A DNA stretch of 64,000 nucleotides from Acholeplasmataceae bacterium (GTDB taxonomy: Bacteria; Bacillota_I; Bacilli_A; Acholeplasmatales; Acholeplasmataceae): assembly GCA_963667565.1 (NCBI GenBank), contig OY763415.1, positions 960,001 through 1,024,000 on the forward strand, given 5' to 3'. The translations under genes and the position numbers were made by a program. The notes under the pieces were generated by a model. It had not been told where the DNA came from and ran no database searches. It saw only the letters and a list, made by a program, of their open reading frames with translations. Below, piece by piece: positions 8,067 through 17,010 of the stretch; the first letter of the stretch is position 1; each line of letters begins with the position of its first letter.

Positions 8067-8092
8067 TCCCTCCTTTAATTATTTATATGAAT

Positions 8093-8139
8093 ATTGTATA
8101 ATAGACTAAACAAAAACAATGTCCCGGATTTGCGACATT
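8093..8139 (-). promoter_or_regulatory. Operator AATGTC-N10-GACATT and -10 TACAAT upstream of the protease operon
   Basis: Dyad at 8118-8139, 19 bp from TACAAT; overlaps the + strand TATAAT of the regulator gene. Confidence 0.65.
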
Positions 8140-8160
8140 GAAACTTTTTGGAGGCATCGT

Positions 8161-9072
8161 ATGACACTTTTACAAATACTAGATAAGATCCGTGATGAAA
8201 GACATATAACCATCTTAGATTTTTGTGATGGCATTTGTTCAAGATCAAATTACTCAAGATATCTCAATCATGAACAAAAAGTGCCTTATGATGTCTTAGA
8301 AAAACTAAGTTTGAAATTAGGTTTGTCTCTCATGCATGTTTTAAGAGACTATAATAATAATAATAATTTGAAAATACAAATGAATCAGTTACTTGTGTAT
8401 GTTCAAAATATAGATATCAATCAAATTAAAAAAGTTTTAGATGACATTGACTTAAATGATGTGTTAGATTCTTATTATTATCAAATCTATCGATATGCAT
8501 CGTATACATTTCAATATTTAACAAAAAATATCGATTATCACGTATATTACCAACATCTTTTTGAGATGATTGAGTACGTTTTTAAGCAGGATACATCAGA
8601 AATCAATAGCTTTGAACATATCATACTGCATACTCTAGCGAATCTTGAATTATCAAATGATGATTTATCACATAAAACTATTGATCTTTTAATTTCTTTG
8701 TTTACTGATTCTAAGCGTATTGGTATCAACACTGAAAATGCAAATTTCCATCTACCTACGTTTGCTTTAATTGGTAAATATCTCATCAGAAAAAAAGATG
8801 ATGTGAAAGCTACTGTTGTTATCGATTCTGCTATTAGATTGTCCATTCATTATGAAGTAAGTAGAACTTTAGATACATTATATTATATGAGAGGATTACT
8901 AGACTTAAAAGTTGATCAAGTTGATTCTGCTATACATCATTATCAACGATGCTTATACACTATTTTAAGTAAACAAGACAACAATCTATTTGATCATTAT
9001 AAGAAAATAATTAAAAAAGATTTAACTGGTTATACATATAATGAGTCGCTTATTGAAAACATTAAATACTAA
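8161..9072 (+). CDS. Rgg/RRNPP-like transcriptional regulator
   Basis: XRE HTH (IRDERHITILDFCDGICSRSNYSRY) and TPR-like C-terminus; paralogous to 2410-3327; GGAGG RBS. Confidence 0.75.
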   Translation: MTLLQILDKIRDERHITILDFCDGICSRSNYSRYLNHEQKVPYDVLEKLSLKLGLSLMHVLRDYNNNNNLKIQMNQLLVYVQNIDINQIKKVLDDIDLNDVLDSYYYQIYRYASYTFQYLTKNIDYHVYYQHLFEMIEYVFKQDTSEINSFEHIILHTLANLELSNDDLSHKTIDLLISLFTDSKRIGINTENANFHLPTFALIGKYLIRKKDDVKATVVIDSAIRLSIHYEVSRTLDTLYYMRGLLDLKVDQVDSAIHHYQRCLYTILSKQDNNLFDHYKKIIKKDLTGYTYNESLIENIKY

Positions 9073-9097
9073 ACAGGTCAAATTGCCTGTTTTTTTA
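9071..9097 (+). terminator. Intrinsic terminator
   Basis: AAACAGG...CCTGTTT hairpin with T-tract after the stop codon. Confidence 0.6.
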
Positions 9098-9135
9098 TCC
9101 TTATATTTGGATTTAATATTATAGAATTTCCTTTA

Positions 9136-9247
9136 ATCGTGTAAATTGAAGTTCATATCGTGTAGAAATTCATTATAATCGTGTAGAATTCCAAGCATAT
9201 CGTGTAAATCCAACCTAAATCGTGTAAATTTCAAATGTAATCGTGTA
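9136..9247 (+). repeat. Six ATCGTGTA repeats, 20-21-bp period
   Basis: Copies at 9136, 9157, 9178, 9199, 9219 and 9240. Confidence 0.9.
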
Positions 9248-9362
9248 GAAAATAAGTGCATTTTAGGATTTATATCCTTATTTTGTCCGATTAATTCTAT
9301 CTACTAAGAATGATTAAAGTCTATAAACGGCTTTATTAAGGCGTAAAAAAAGGACTGATAAT

Positions 9363-9412
9363 TGTATCAATCCTGTTCTTCTTATATGTGTAACACTACC
9401 AATTTTGATACA
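9363..9412. other. att-like site (P|P type), right junction of cassette B
   Basis: Same 50-bp dyad, central TG at 9387-9388. Confidence 0.85.
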
Positions 9413-9718
9413 AATTAGCACCCCCTCATAATTTTTTAGCACCCCTATTTTTGCAAATTCGAATGTAGAGTTTAAATCTCACTAACTCCGTTGTGTATAC
9501 CAATTTTGATAAAATTTTAGCACCCCTCCAAATATTTTTAACACCCCTGCGATTTTTTTTAGCACCCCTACTCAGAAAAATTAGCACCCCTATTTTTGCA
9601 GATCCTAATGTAGAGTTTAAATCTCACTAACTCCGTTGTGTAACACTACCAATTTTGATACAAATTAGCACCACCCCTCAATTTTTTTAGCACCCTTGTA
9701 TCAAAATTTTAGCACCCC
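9389..9718 (+). repeat. Two internally deleted copies of the 193-bp unit (105 and 145 bp) followed by a cassette-A-type arm
   Basis: Units 9389-9493 and 9494-9638, each ending GAGTTTAAATCTCACTAACTCCGT-TG. Confidence 0.85.
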
Positions 9719-9768
9719 TGAAAAATGACCTATTGGAGCGGTTTCTTTGCTGAAGAAATTTCTGTATT

Positions 9769-10134
9769 TCAAACACTAGTGTTACTCTTTATTAAACTTT
9801 TAATTAAAACTACTGAATGTGTAGCAACAATAAATGGAAATGACACCATAAATAAAAATATGGGTAGTATGGAAAAGTCAGCAACATTCGATGGCTCATT
9901 TGCTTGTATCGCTATATAAATGTAACTACCGAACATGATTGTTGATAATAAAGTCAATAGTAACAATAATTTACTATACTTTTGATTACCAAAAAAATAG
10001 AGACTATCCATCAATACTGTCATTATGAAAATAATCCATATGGTTGTGTATGAGATAAATTTAACATTAAACATGATATAAACCATGAGAATAGTAATAA
10101 ATAAAAATAGTGTGCTTAAAACTTTTTTGTTCAT
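9769..10134 (-). CDS. Small integral membrane protein, second copy
   Basis: Three amino-acid differences from 442-807. Confidence 0.8.
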   Translation of the reverse strand: MNKKVLSTLFLFITILMVYIMFNVKFISYTTIWIIFIMTVLMDSLYFFGNQKYSKLLLLLTLLSTIMFGSYIYIAIQANEPSNVADFSILPIFLFMVSFPFIVATHSVVLIKSLIKSNTSV

Positions 10135-10146
10135 TGTATTGACTCC

Positions 10147-10712
10147 TTAAGTTGTATAATAGTAAGCTCTGCTGCTCATCTCGATGATATAATCAGCAAA
10201 TAACTTCGCAGTATATGCTCGAGTTTCTAATGATGGCATATCACCAGTTAAAGGCATATAACTTCCTCTTAATAATCCAAATCCTAGGTACATATTTGCA
10301 ACGTAGTACGTATAATTGATAATACGTCCATTAGAGATCTTTAGATTCATTGACTGATAGACCTCACTTCTAAATTTAGATTCAAGTGTTGAGCCTAGAG
10401 GATATTCCAATTCTAAAGTAACAGTAGAAATAAACATTTTATATCTATTAGGATAATAGTCATTGTCACCTTTAATTATATTATAATATGCACTTAAACT
10501 ATCACCAACAGAGTTTAAACTATAGTCTAAAAATGTTTTTGTGATATTCATTGCATCAATATCTGCTAATAGATCAGGTTCAGAAAAACCACTATTTAAT
10601 ACACCTGTAAATGTTTCAAAATCAATACTATTATTTGTATATCCGCTGTAATAACCAGTATAGTAAGTTGGCAATGTGGATACATCGATAGCTCGTGAAT
10701 GAATTGTTCTTG
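10147..10712 (-). pseudogene. 5'-truncated copy of the 450-aa secreted protein gene
   Basis: Matches only the C-terminal ~188 aa of 820-2172; the upstream codons of the listed 217-aa ORF come from unrelated DNA. Confidence 0.85.
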
Positions 10713-11197
10713 GCGATAGGTTTATCTTCCCAACCATAGTTGTTGGAATGCTTAACGAGTATTTGCTGTCTGAAATTATTTTGGTTATCAATGTACTCAT
10801 TCACGATAGCGAAATCGCATCCATGCTTGATTTGGCTTTTCTTTTTATCAACAACTTTAATAGTGAATGATTGTTCCCCATCTGAAACATTCTTATAATT
10901 GGTATTTGCAATAATATCTTCAAGTTTACGAACAAATAGTAGCCTTAAATCTTTTGCTTCTAAGCCGTTATCTTTTTGAATAACGAAGTTATAATCAAAA
11001 TCGAATCCTTTGTTTCCACCTACTACTTTTGTAACCAGGTTCTTCCCCCCACTACCTATAAGTTTTTCTTCAAATGTAACACTTTCTTTTCTTAAACTTG
11101 TATGTAGTGATCTAATTATCTTTTCAATCTGTTCTTTTGCTGGTTTGAGTTCTGCTCTTGTAACATATTCATAAGTTCTACCGTGTAAATCCGCCAT
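10631..11197 (-). pseudogene. Pol-beta superfamily nucleotidyltransferase-like gene, 3'-truncated and fused
   Basis: LIGSG...DFDYN and CDFAIV motifs; the 3' end runs into duplicated cassette DNA. Confidence 0.6.
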
Positions 11198-11208
11198 GAT
11201 GAACCTCC

Positions 11209-12141
11209 TTATTTACTCAATTGATTCTTAACAACTTTTTTCAGTAACTCATAACACTCTTTTGTGAACTCATCAACTTCATCAATATTCACACAACTAA
11301 CATCAGCATGCTCTATATGTTGATGAAATCCAAAAACATTCTTCTCGCTTGTCTGAGTTTCTTGTGCTACTGTATAGATTTCTTTACTTATTGGCAAAAT
11401 ATAAAGCTCAGACTGAGGTGTTGAATCTGAAGATAGAGGAACTACTAAACCAAATGTTTTCTTAATCCAAAAATTACTGAAGCTTATCAAGGAATAATCT
11501 TTTACAAAATTTGGATAGTTAATTTCAATTGATTCTACATCTTTCCATATTGGATCGTTATCTGTCCCATCTTCATTTGCACCATAATTTCTTAATGCCC
11601 AGTAATCAAAGGTTTGGGCAGTTTTTCCGGGCCCTAATTGACATTTTCCAACTTCATCGTTATCAAAATCTTTGAAGGATGTGTAATCTTTTATTGATCT
11701 TTTAGTGACTGAGTATCTTGTTTGATTTGTTTCTTTCAGTTCAATATCTTTATAGTATTTAAAGTATGCATCAATTCTATCCATTGCACCTTTGAAAGTT
11801 CTAGATAAATAATGTTCATTGTCGCCTGGATAATCTAAATCTTGGATATGCAAGTCATAAACATAATCTTCTTCATATTTCATAAATAATTCTTTTGCTT
11901 TAGTTAGATATTCTAACGCTGTGACAATAATTGATCTAGTCTCAACACTTTCAACAATTGTGCTCATCCAATTAAGCAACTCAATTTTTGAATTATAATC
12001 CTTACCATATTTATACACAAAATAAACCAGCTCATTGTCCGAAAACTGATAACTATTTTTCTGAATAAACTCTTTTAATGACTTTGAAATTTCTACATTA
12101 TTTATAATAGTCACATAATCATCATATCTCATAAGCAACAT
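11209..12141 (-). CDS. Hypothetical protein
   Basis: 310-aa ORF with RBS; no recognised motif. Confidence 0.75.
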   Translation of the reverse strand: MLLMRYDDYVTIINNVEISKSLKEFIQKNSYQFSDNELVYFVYKYGKDYNSKIELLNWMSTIVESVETRSIIVTALEYLTKAKELFMKYEEDYVYDLHIQDLDYPGDNEHYLSRTFKGAMDRIDAYFKYYKDIELKETNQTRYSVTKRSIKDYTSFKDFDNDEVGKCQLGPGKTAQTFDYWALRNYGANEDGTDNDPIWKDVESIEINYPNFVKDYSLISFSNFWIKKTFGLVVPLSSDSTPQSELYILPISKEIYTVAQETQTSEKNVFGFHQHIEHADVSCVNIDEVDEFTKECYELLKKVVKNQLSK

Positions 12142-12166
12142 CTCCTATCTCAAGTTTTCTAGTATT

Positions 12167-12658
12167 CTACTTTTTGATTTTTTTATTAACTTCTTTTTTA
12201 ATTACATTAGGTATAAACGTTTTTACATCAAGATGTTCTAACATCATCAAATGAGCATACAAAATCGCATCTATCTCAATTTCCTGCTTTAGATATTCTT
12301 CTTCTGGAACATCTTTCTTCGTTGGTTGGTTATAATTACTCATTTCATCTTTCCATTTTTGAATCGTGAGTGAATCAATCTCTGTTTGAATCTCACCATT
12401 GATACATTTCCATTGAAAAGCGTGTCTTGACTCGTGAAAACATGTCACTTGAACTTCCATAGGATCAGCTTGTTCTAACCATTCTTCGTTAAACGCTATG
12501 ATATACTCATCTTTTATAAAGACCGAGTTTATGCCTCTACTTGAATAACTCTGATTAGAAAAAAACTGCACATCTGGAGTTTCAATTTCCAATGTATGTG
12601 CAGCAAATTTAACGCCCTTTATTGCTATTTCATAATTATCCATATCAATCATCCTCAT
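12167..12658 (-). CDS. Putative zincin-like metallopeptidase
   Basis: HESRH (HExxH) motif and downstream EIDA. Confidence 0.6.
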   Translation of the reverse strand: MRMIDMDNYEIAIKGVKFAAHTLEIETPDVQFFSNQSYSSRGINSVFIKDEYIIAFNEEWLEQADPMEVQVTCFHESRHAFQWKCINGEIQTEIDSLTIQKWKDEMSNYNQPTKKDVPEEEYLKQEIEIDAILYAHLMMLEHLDVKTFIPNVIKKEVNKKIKK

Positions 12659-12718
12659 ATGTAAAATTATAACATAGACTCTTAATTATAAAAATACAAT
12701 ATTGGACTTTAAGGCAAT

Positions 12719-14299
12719 TTAAACAGTAACCTCTTCACCGTTGTTGAGCTTAAAGCTGATCTTTTTATCTTTGTGAACTATTGCACTTTCAACTAATAAC
12801 ATCCAAATACGCTCGTTCCATTCATCAAGTTTATCTACAGATTGGTTTAAGTTGTTGATAAAGGCTTTCATTTTAATTGCTTGATTCTCTTTAAGACTTT
12901 TAGCTTTTAACAACTCCTCTTGTTTCTTTAGAAGCTTGTCATGTTTTTCTGTGAGTTCTTGGTACTTTTTATTATAGTCTTCTAAGTCCATACTGGTTTT
13001 TGAGTTTTCTTTGATTAGAATGTTCACGAGTTCAAATGTTAGAGTGAGATCATCATTTACCTTTGAAATATCTTTATCAAGTTTTGAAGTGTCAGTTAGA
13101 AGTTTAATGACCTCATGTGCATCTTCAATCATTCTTTCTTTATCTTCCATCGTTATCTTATATGCTTCGATAAACTTATGCTTGATATCCTCTGCTTTAA
13201 GGTTTGGTGTGTGGCATTTCTCTTTATGCTTGTGAAACTTGTTATTGCATTGATAGATAAACCTTGAATACTTGGAATTAGAGTGCCATTTCTTTTTACC
13301 GTAGAACCCACCACAGTCCTCACAAATTAACTTTGCTGCAAATTCATCCGATGAAGAATACTGAACACCGATATCACTACGTCTTGCTAGTTCTATTTGC
13401 ACCAGTTCCCACATATCTCTTTCTATAATCGCTGGGTGGTTATTTTCTACATAGTATTGAGGAATCTGCCCGTTGTTTTTTACCATCTTATGATCTAAGT
13501 AGTTTTCCGTATAGGACTTTTGAAGTAATGCATCCCCTTTATACTTTTCATTGGTAAGAATGGATGTCACTGTATTCGTGGTCCAATTGAAGGTTTTTCC
13601 ATTTGGTGTTTTAATACGATTTGATTTTAAGTATTTAGCTATTGCTGATGCTGTCTTACCTTCTACAAGAAACATTCGGTAAATTAACTCAACTATAACT
13701 GCTTGGTCTTCATCTATCACGATTTTGTCATCTTCTTTCTTATAACCCATAAAGTTCTTATAGGCAAATGAAACTTTACCTTCTTGAAATCCTACTCTCT
13801 TACCCCATGTGACGTTTTGGCTAATGGAACGTGACTCTTCTTGTGCGATGGATGCCATGATAGTTAAGATGAGTTCGCTTTTTGGATCTAACGTCCAGAG
13901 ATTCTCTTTTTCAAAGAATACTTCAATTCCATTGTCTTTTAACTTTCTAACATAGGAAATGGTGTCGAGTGTATTACGAGCAAACCTTGATATGGATTTA
14001 GTAATGATGAGGTGTATCTTTCCACCGAGTGCATCCTTGATCATTTCATTAAATCCAACACGTCTTTTTGTGCTGGTTCCGGATATTCCTTCATCCGCAT
14101 AAACTTTAGTATATTCCCAATCTAGTCTATCTTCAATGAACTTTTGATAGTAATTCACTTGTGCTTCATAACTGGTGTATTGTTCATCTGAGTTGGTTGA
14201 AACTCTCGCATAAGCCGCTACTTTCTTAGTTGTAGTCATGTTGATTGGCATTTGTGTAATTGGATTAATCGTTGATGGAATAACTGTGACTTTAGCCAT
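12719..14299 (-). CDS. Large serine recombinase 1
   Basis: AAYARVST catalytic motif, KSISRFARN, recombinase domain, CxxC zinc ribbon, coiled coil. Confidence 0.95.
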   Translation of the reverse strand: MAKVTVIPSTINPITQMPINMTTTKKVAAYARVSTNSDEQYTSYEAQVNYYQKFIEDRLDWEYTKVYADEGISGTSTKRRVGFNEMIKDALGGKIHLIITKSISRFARNTLDTISYVRKLKDNGIEVFFEKENLWTLDPKSELILTIMASIAQEESRSISQNVTWGKRVGFQEGKVSFAYKNFMGYKKEDDKIVIDEDQAVIVELIYRMFLVEGKTASAIAKYLKSNRIKTPNGKTFNWTTNTVTSILTNEKYKGDALLQKSYTENYLDHKMVKNNGQIPQYYVENNHPAIIERDMWELVQIELARRSDIGVQYSSSDEFAAKLICEDCGGFYGKKKWHSNSKYSRFIYQCNNKFHKHKEKCHTPNLKAEDIKHKFIEAYKITMEDKERMIEDAHEVIKLLTDTSKLDKDISKVNDDLTLTFELVNILIKENSKTSMDLEDYNKKYQELTEKHDKLLKKQEELLKAKSLKENQAIKMKAFINNLNQSVDKLDEWNERIWMLLVESAIVHKDKKISFKLNNGEEVTV

Positions 14300-15602
14300 A
14301 ATACGCACCTCCTTGATGTTGTTTGAGTGCTCTTTTACGAGCTTGTTCTTTCATTTTAGGCGTCCAGCTCTGACTTCTTGAACGCGGCTCCCATTGATAA
14401 TCAATGACGCTTAAGTCCTCAAAATGAAATGCTAAATGGTTATCAGGATTAACAATGATGAACTTTACTTTCTTTTTGAATAACTCCTCGCTAAAGTTGT
14501 CTTGATTAACTATTGCATTAAATGTTTCTTTAATGACTGCATCTGGCACTTGTTTGGATGGGCAAGATTCTATCCCTTTAGTTACTGATAGGGAACATTT
14601 CCAAATTTCATTATGTGGTGTTGATTTATGTGTATATGCTCTGCCACAAATACCGCACTTCATCATGCCTTTGAAAACTCGTGGTTTCTTGTTTGGATTA
14701 GTTTTGTTTTTATCTGCACGCTCACTTTTTATTGCTTGAACTTTATCAAATACGTCTTTGCTGATAATCGGTTCATGATTATTCTTAACTGCATACTGAT
14801 TGTACTCTCCTGAATTGATGATTTTTCTCTTCGTCAAATGATTTTCTCTAAATGTTTTTTGAAGTATCAAATCACCTGTATAGTTGTAGTTTGATAAGAT
14901 ATGCATAATGGATGAACGATTCCATCTTGATGCGTATTGTGGTTTTATTCCTTTTGAGTCTAGTATCTTACCAATTGCATCTGCACCTTTACCATCGATA
15001 TAGAGTTGATAAATCAATTTTACGATTTCAGCTTCTTTTGGTATGACTATGGGTTTCTTATCTTCAATCATATACCCTAAGCAGGATTTCCCACCCCACA
15101 TGATGCCTTGTTCAAAGTCTTTTTTAATTCGCCACTTCATATTTTCAGATGTGCTTCTTGATTCTTCTTGAGCGAATGTGGCAAGAAAGGTTAGAATCAT
15201 CTCTCCCTCACCGCTGTTTGAGTGGATGTTTTGCTCTTCAAAGAACACGTCGATATTGAGTGTTTTGAGTTCTCTCACAGTTTCTAATAAGGTGAGTGTG
15301 TTTCTAGCAAACCTTGATATAGACTTCGTGATGATCATATCAACTTGTCCAGTTCTACAGTCTCTGAGTAATTGTTGGAACTCTTCTCTTGAATCCTTCG
15401 TTCCAGTTAATGCTTCATCTGCATAGACACCTGTAAATTCCCATTCATTGTTTTCTTGAATCAGTTTTTTATAGTAGCTAACTTGAGCAGCAAGTGACTG
15501 AAGCATGGCATCTTTTCCACTTGATACTCTTGCATATGCCGCAACTCTAGTTTTCCTTGTTAACTTGGGTAATGCGTCTAACTTGGTGATGGTTTTCTTC
15601 AT
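14292..15602 (-). CDS. Large serine recombinase 2 (short; little or no coiled coil)
   Basis: AAYARVSS, KSISRFARN and CGICG zinc ribbon. Confidence 0.95.
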   Translation of the reverse strand: MKKTITKLDALPKLTRKTRVAAYARVSSGKDAMLQSLAAQVSYYKKLIQENNEWEFTGVYADEALTGTKDSREEFQQLLRDCRTGQVDMIITKSISRFARNTLTLLETVRELKTLNIDVFFEEQNIHSNSGEGEMILTFLATFAQEESRSTSENMKWRIKKDFEQGIMWGGKSCLGYMIEDKKPIVIPKEAEIVKLIYQLYIDGKGADAIGKILDSKGIKPQYASRWNRSSIMHILSNYNYTGDLILQKTFRENHLTKRKIINSGEYNQYAVKNNHEPIISKDVFDKVQAIKSERADKNKTNPNKKPRVFKGMMKCGICGRAYTHKSTPHNEIWKCSLSVTKGIESCPSKQVPDAVIKETFNAIVNQDNFSEELFKKKVKFIIVNPDNHLAFHFEDLSVIDYQWEPRSRSQSWTPKMKEQARKRALKQHQGGAYYG

Positions 15603-15828
15603 GAATATTTACCTCCTCTTTTGATACACTATTAATCACTCTACTAGGGGGAATAGTCAAGTGATTTAAGCGATAAAGGTTACCTGTTTTGATACAATAT
15701 TTGTCAGCCATAAAAGCTTCAGCCTTATTGTAATCATTGTTGGATATTAGTCCTTCATCATGCATATCAACGATACTTTTCATCGATAGGTAATACTTTT
15801 CTAAGTTTGTTCTATTCATGACGATCAA
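15547..15828 (-). CDS. Small protein preceding the recombinase pair (SHOCT-like)
   Basis: MHDEGLISNNDY SHOCT-like signature; position typical of tandem-recombinase modules. Confidence 0.6.
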   Translation of the reverse strand: MIVMNRTNLEKYYLSMKSIVDMHDEGLISNNDYNKAEAFMADKYCIKTGNLYRLNHLTIPPSRVINSVSKEEVNIHEENHHQVRRITQVNKEN

Positions 15829-16081
15829 TAGCTTTCTTGCGTCTGTACCCGTTCCACCACTGCCATCTACATTGATCCGAGCAGAATCTTTTCTTTTTTT
15901 TGCCCTTAACCGACTTCATTTCTAAACCACAATGTTCACAAAATCCAATGAGTTCATCATCAGTTTGTTTACTACAAGCATACCTAACGATACTTATCGA
16001 AGTATTCAATTTACTTGCTATTTTCTTATAGCCATAACCTAACTCACGTAATTCAACTATTTTTTTATTTATATCATTCAT
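15812..16081 (-). CDS. HTH plus zinc-ribbon DNA-binding protein
   Basis: GYGYKKIASKL HTH; CEHC...FCSDQCR. Confidence 0.75.
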   Translation of the reverse strand: MNDINKKIVELRELGYGYKKIASKLNTSISIVRYACSKQTDDELIGFCEHCGLEMKSVKGKKKKRFCSDQCRWQWWNGYRRKKAIDRHE

Positions 16082-16093
16082 ACGAACTACCTC

Positions 16094-16136
16094 CTAAGTC
16101 TTAGTCCGCACAAATCGTGTAAAAGTTCGGGTTTTT
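16094..16136 (-). promoter_or_regulatory. Alternative-sigma-type promoter candidate (GAACTT-N16-GACTAA) upstream of the recombination operon
   Basis: Flanks identical to those at 47026-47069. Confidence 0.6.
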
Positions 16137-16167
16137 AATAAAAAAAGTTTAAGAATCGTAAATTTTG

Positions 16168-16206
16168 CAAAAAAAAGAACCTCCAGGATATAAGTCCCAG
16201 AGGTTT
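16168..16206 (-). terminator. Terminator of the late operon
   Basis: AACCTC...GAGGTT hairpin with a minus-strand T-tract. Confidence 0.6.
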
Positions 16207-16211
16207 AGTTA

Positions 16212-16697
16212 TTATTTATTCAATTGTTGTTTGATAATCTTTTCTGCTTCTGATAATGTTTCTTTACCTTGCATCTTATTACTAAAAGATATGTAATCAT
16301 CGATAATCGATTCAATCTTGGATTGGTTTGATTCAACAAACTCTACTGCTTTTTCAGTTGAGCCAGTGATGTTACTTACCCATTCACTTAATCGCTGTAA
16401 AACTGCGAGTTTCTTATCGTCCCCAGCTAAAAACGCCTCACCTTTTTCTTTTGCGATGTGGTTTTTTTCTTCTACGATTAGTATAAACTCTTTAATAGTC
16501 TTTTGAATGCTTTCATCAAAAACAACATCCTTAGCTTTACTTACAAGTTCAGATACGTTTTCTGCAGTGTTTTTCAAATCTTCTTTAACTTCTTTGATCA
16601 CATCATTTATAGATTGATCTTTCCCTATTTTTGATGTCACATAAAGTGCTATTGAAAATAAGGCTACAATAAGTAGAATAATATCAAGTGTTGTCAT
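16212..16697 (-). CDS. Holin-like membrane-anchored protein
   Basis: Single N-terminal TM segment; GDDKK...IESIID pattern reminiscent of LL-H-type holins; last gene of the late operon. Confidence 0.5.
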   Translation of the reverse strand: MTTLDIILLIVALFSIALYVTSKIGKDQSINDVIKEVKEDLKNTAENVSELVSKAKDVVFDESIQKTIKEFILIVEEKNHIAKEKGEAFLAGDDKKLAVLQRLSEWVSNITGSTEKAVEFVESNQSKIESIIDDYISFSNKMQGKETLSEAEKIIKQQLNK

Positions 16698-17010
16698 TTT
16701 CTTTTCCTCCTAAGTGTTTATAGATGTTCACATGTGAATCTTCTAGTCGTGATACTCGATGTTCAAGGATATTTACATCTTTTTTTAATGTCTTGATATC
16801 CTGTGAGTGTAATTCTAATAAGTTGATCATCTTTACGTTTTGTTTTTCGATTTTCTGTAAGTTACCAATTATCTCATCATTTTTTGACTTATTGGTTTTT
16901 TCTTGCCTGTTGAATTGCTTAATTGTGGTTAGTATCACTACGACCATAGTCACTATCCAATAAATTAAATTTTCCATTCTAAATAGGCTCGCTATATTTT
17001 CCCAATCCAT
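16684..17010 (-). CDS. Membrane coiled-coil protein (holin/XhlA-like)
   Basis: N-terminal TM segment then coiled coil ending RVSRLE; lysis-module position. Confidence 0.5.
   Translation of the reverse strand: MDWENIASLFRMENLIYWIVTMVVVILTTIKQFNRQEKTNKSKNDEIIGNLQKIEKQNVKMINLLELHSQDIKTLKKDVNILEHRVSRLEDSHVNIYKHLGGKENDNT

Larger units (their letters stand above)
3701..9388. mobile_element. Cassette B (5.7 kb including three 193-bp units; no recombinase gene)
   Basis: Lies between att cores at 3699-3700 and 9387-9388. Confidence 0.75.
9639..10712 (+). repeat. Slightly diverged duplicate of 312-1385 (left part of cassette A)
   Basis: Constant offset of 9327 bp with scattered substitutions. Confidence 0.95.

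Noticed and set aside
9639..10712. Assembly artefact duplication
   Set aside because: The copy differs from 312-1385 by multiple substitutions, including amino-acid changes, and begins exactly at an att core.
10687..10736. Fusion junction as an att crossover (identity ends at a TG)
   Set aside because: Neither flank resembles the P or tRNA-type half-site; microhomology explains it more simply.
10147..10800. 217-aa ORF as a genuine gene
   Set aside because: It is a chimera of an alternate frame of the nucleotidyltransferase gene and the truncated cassette gene.
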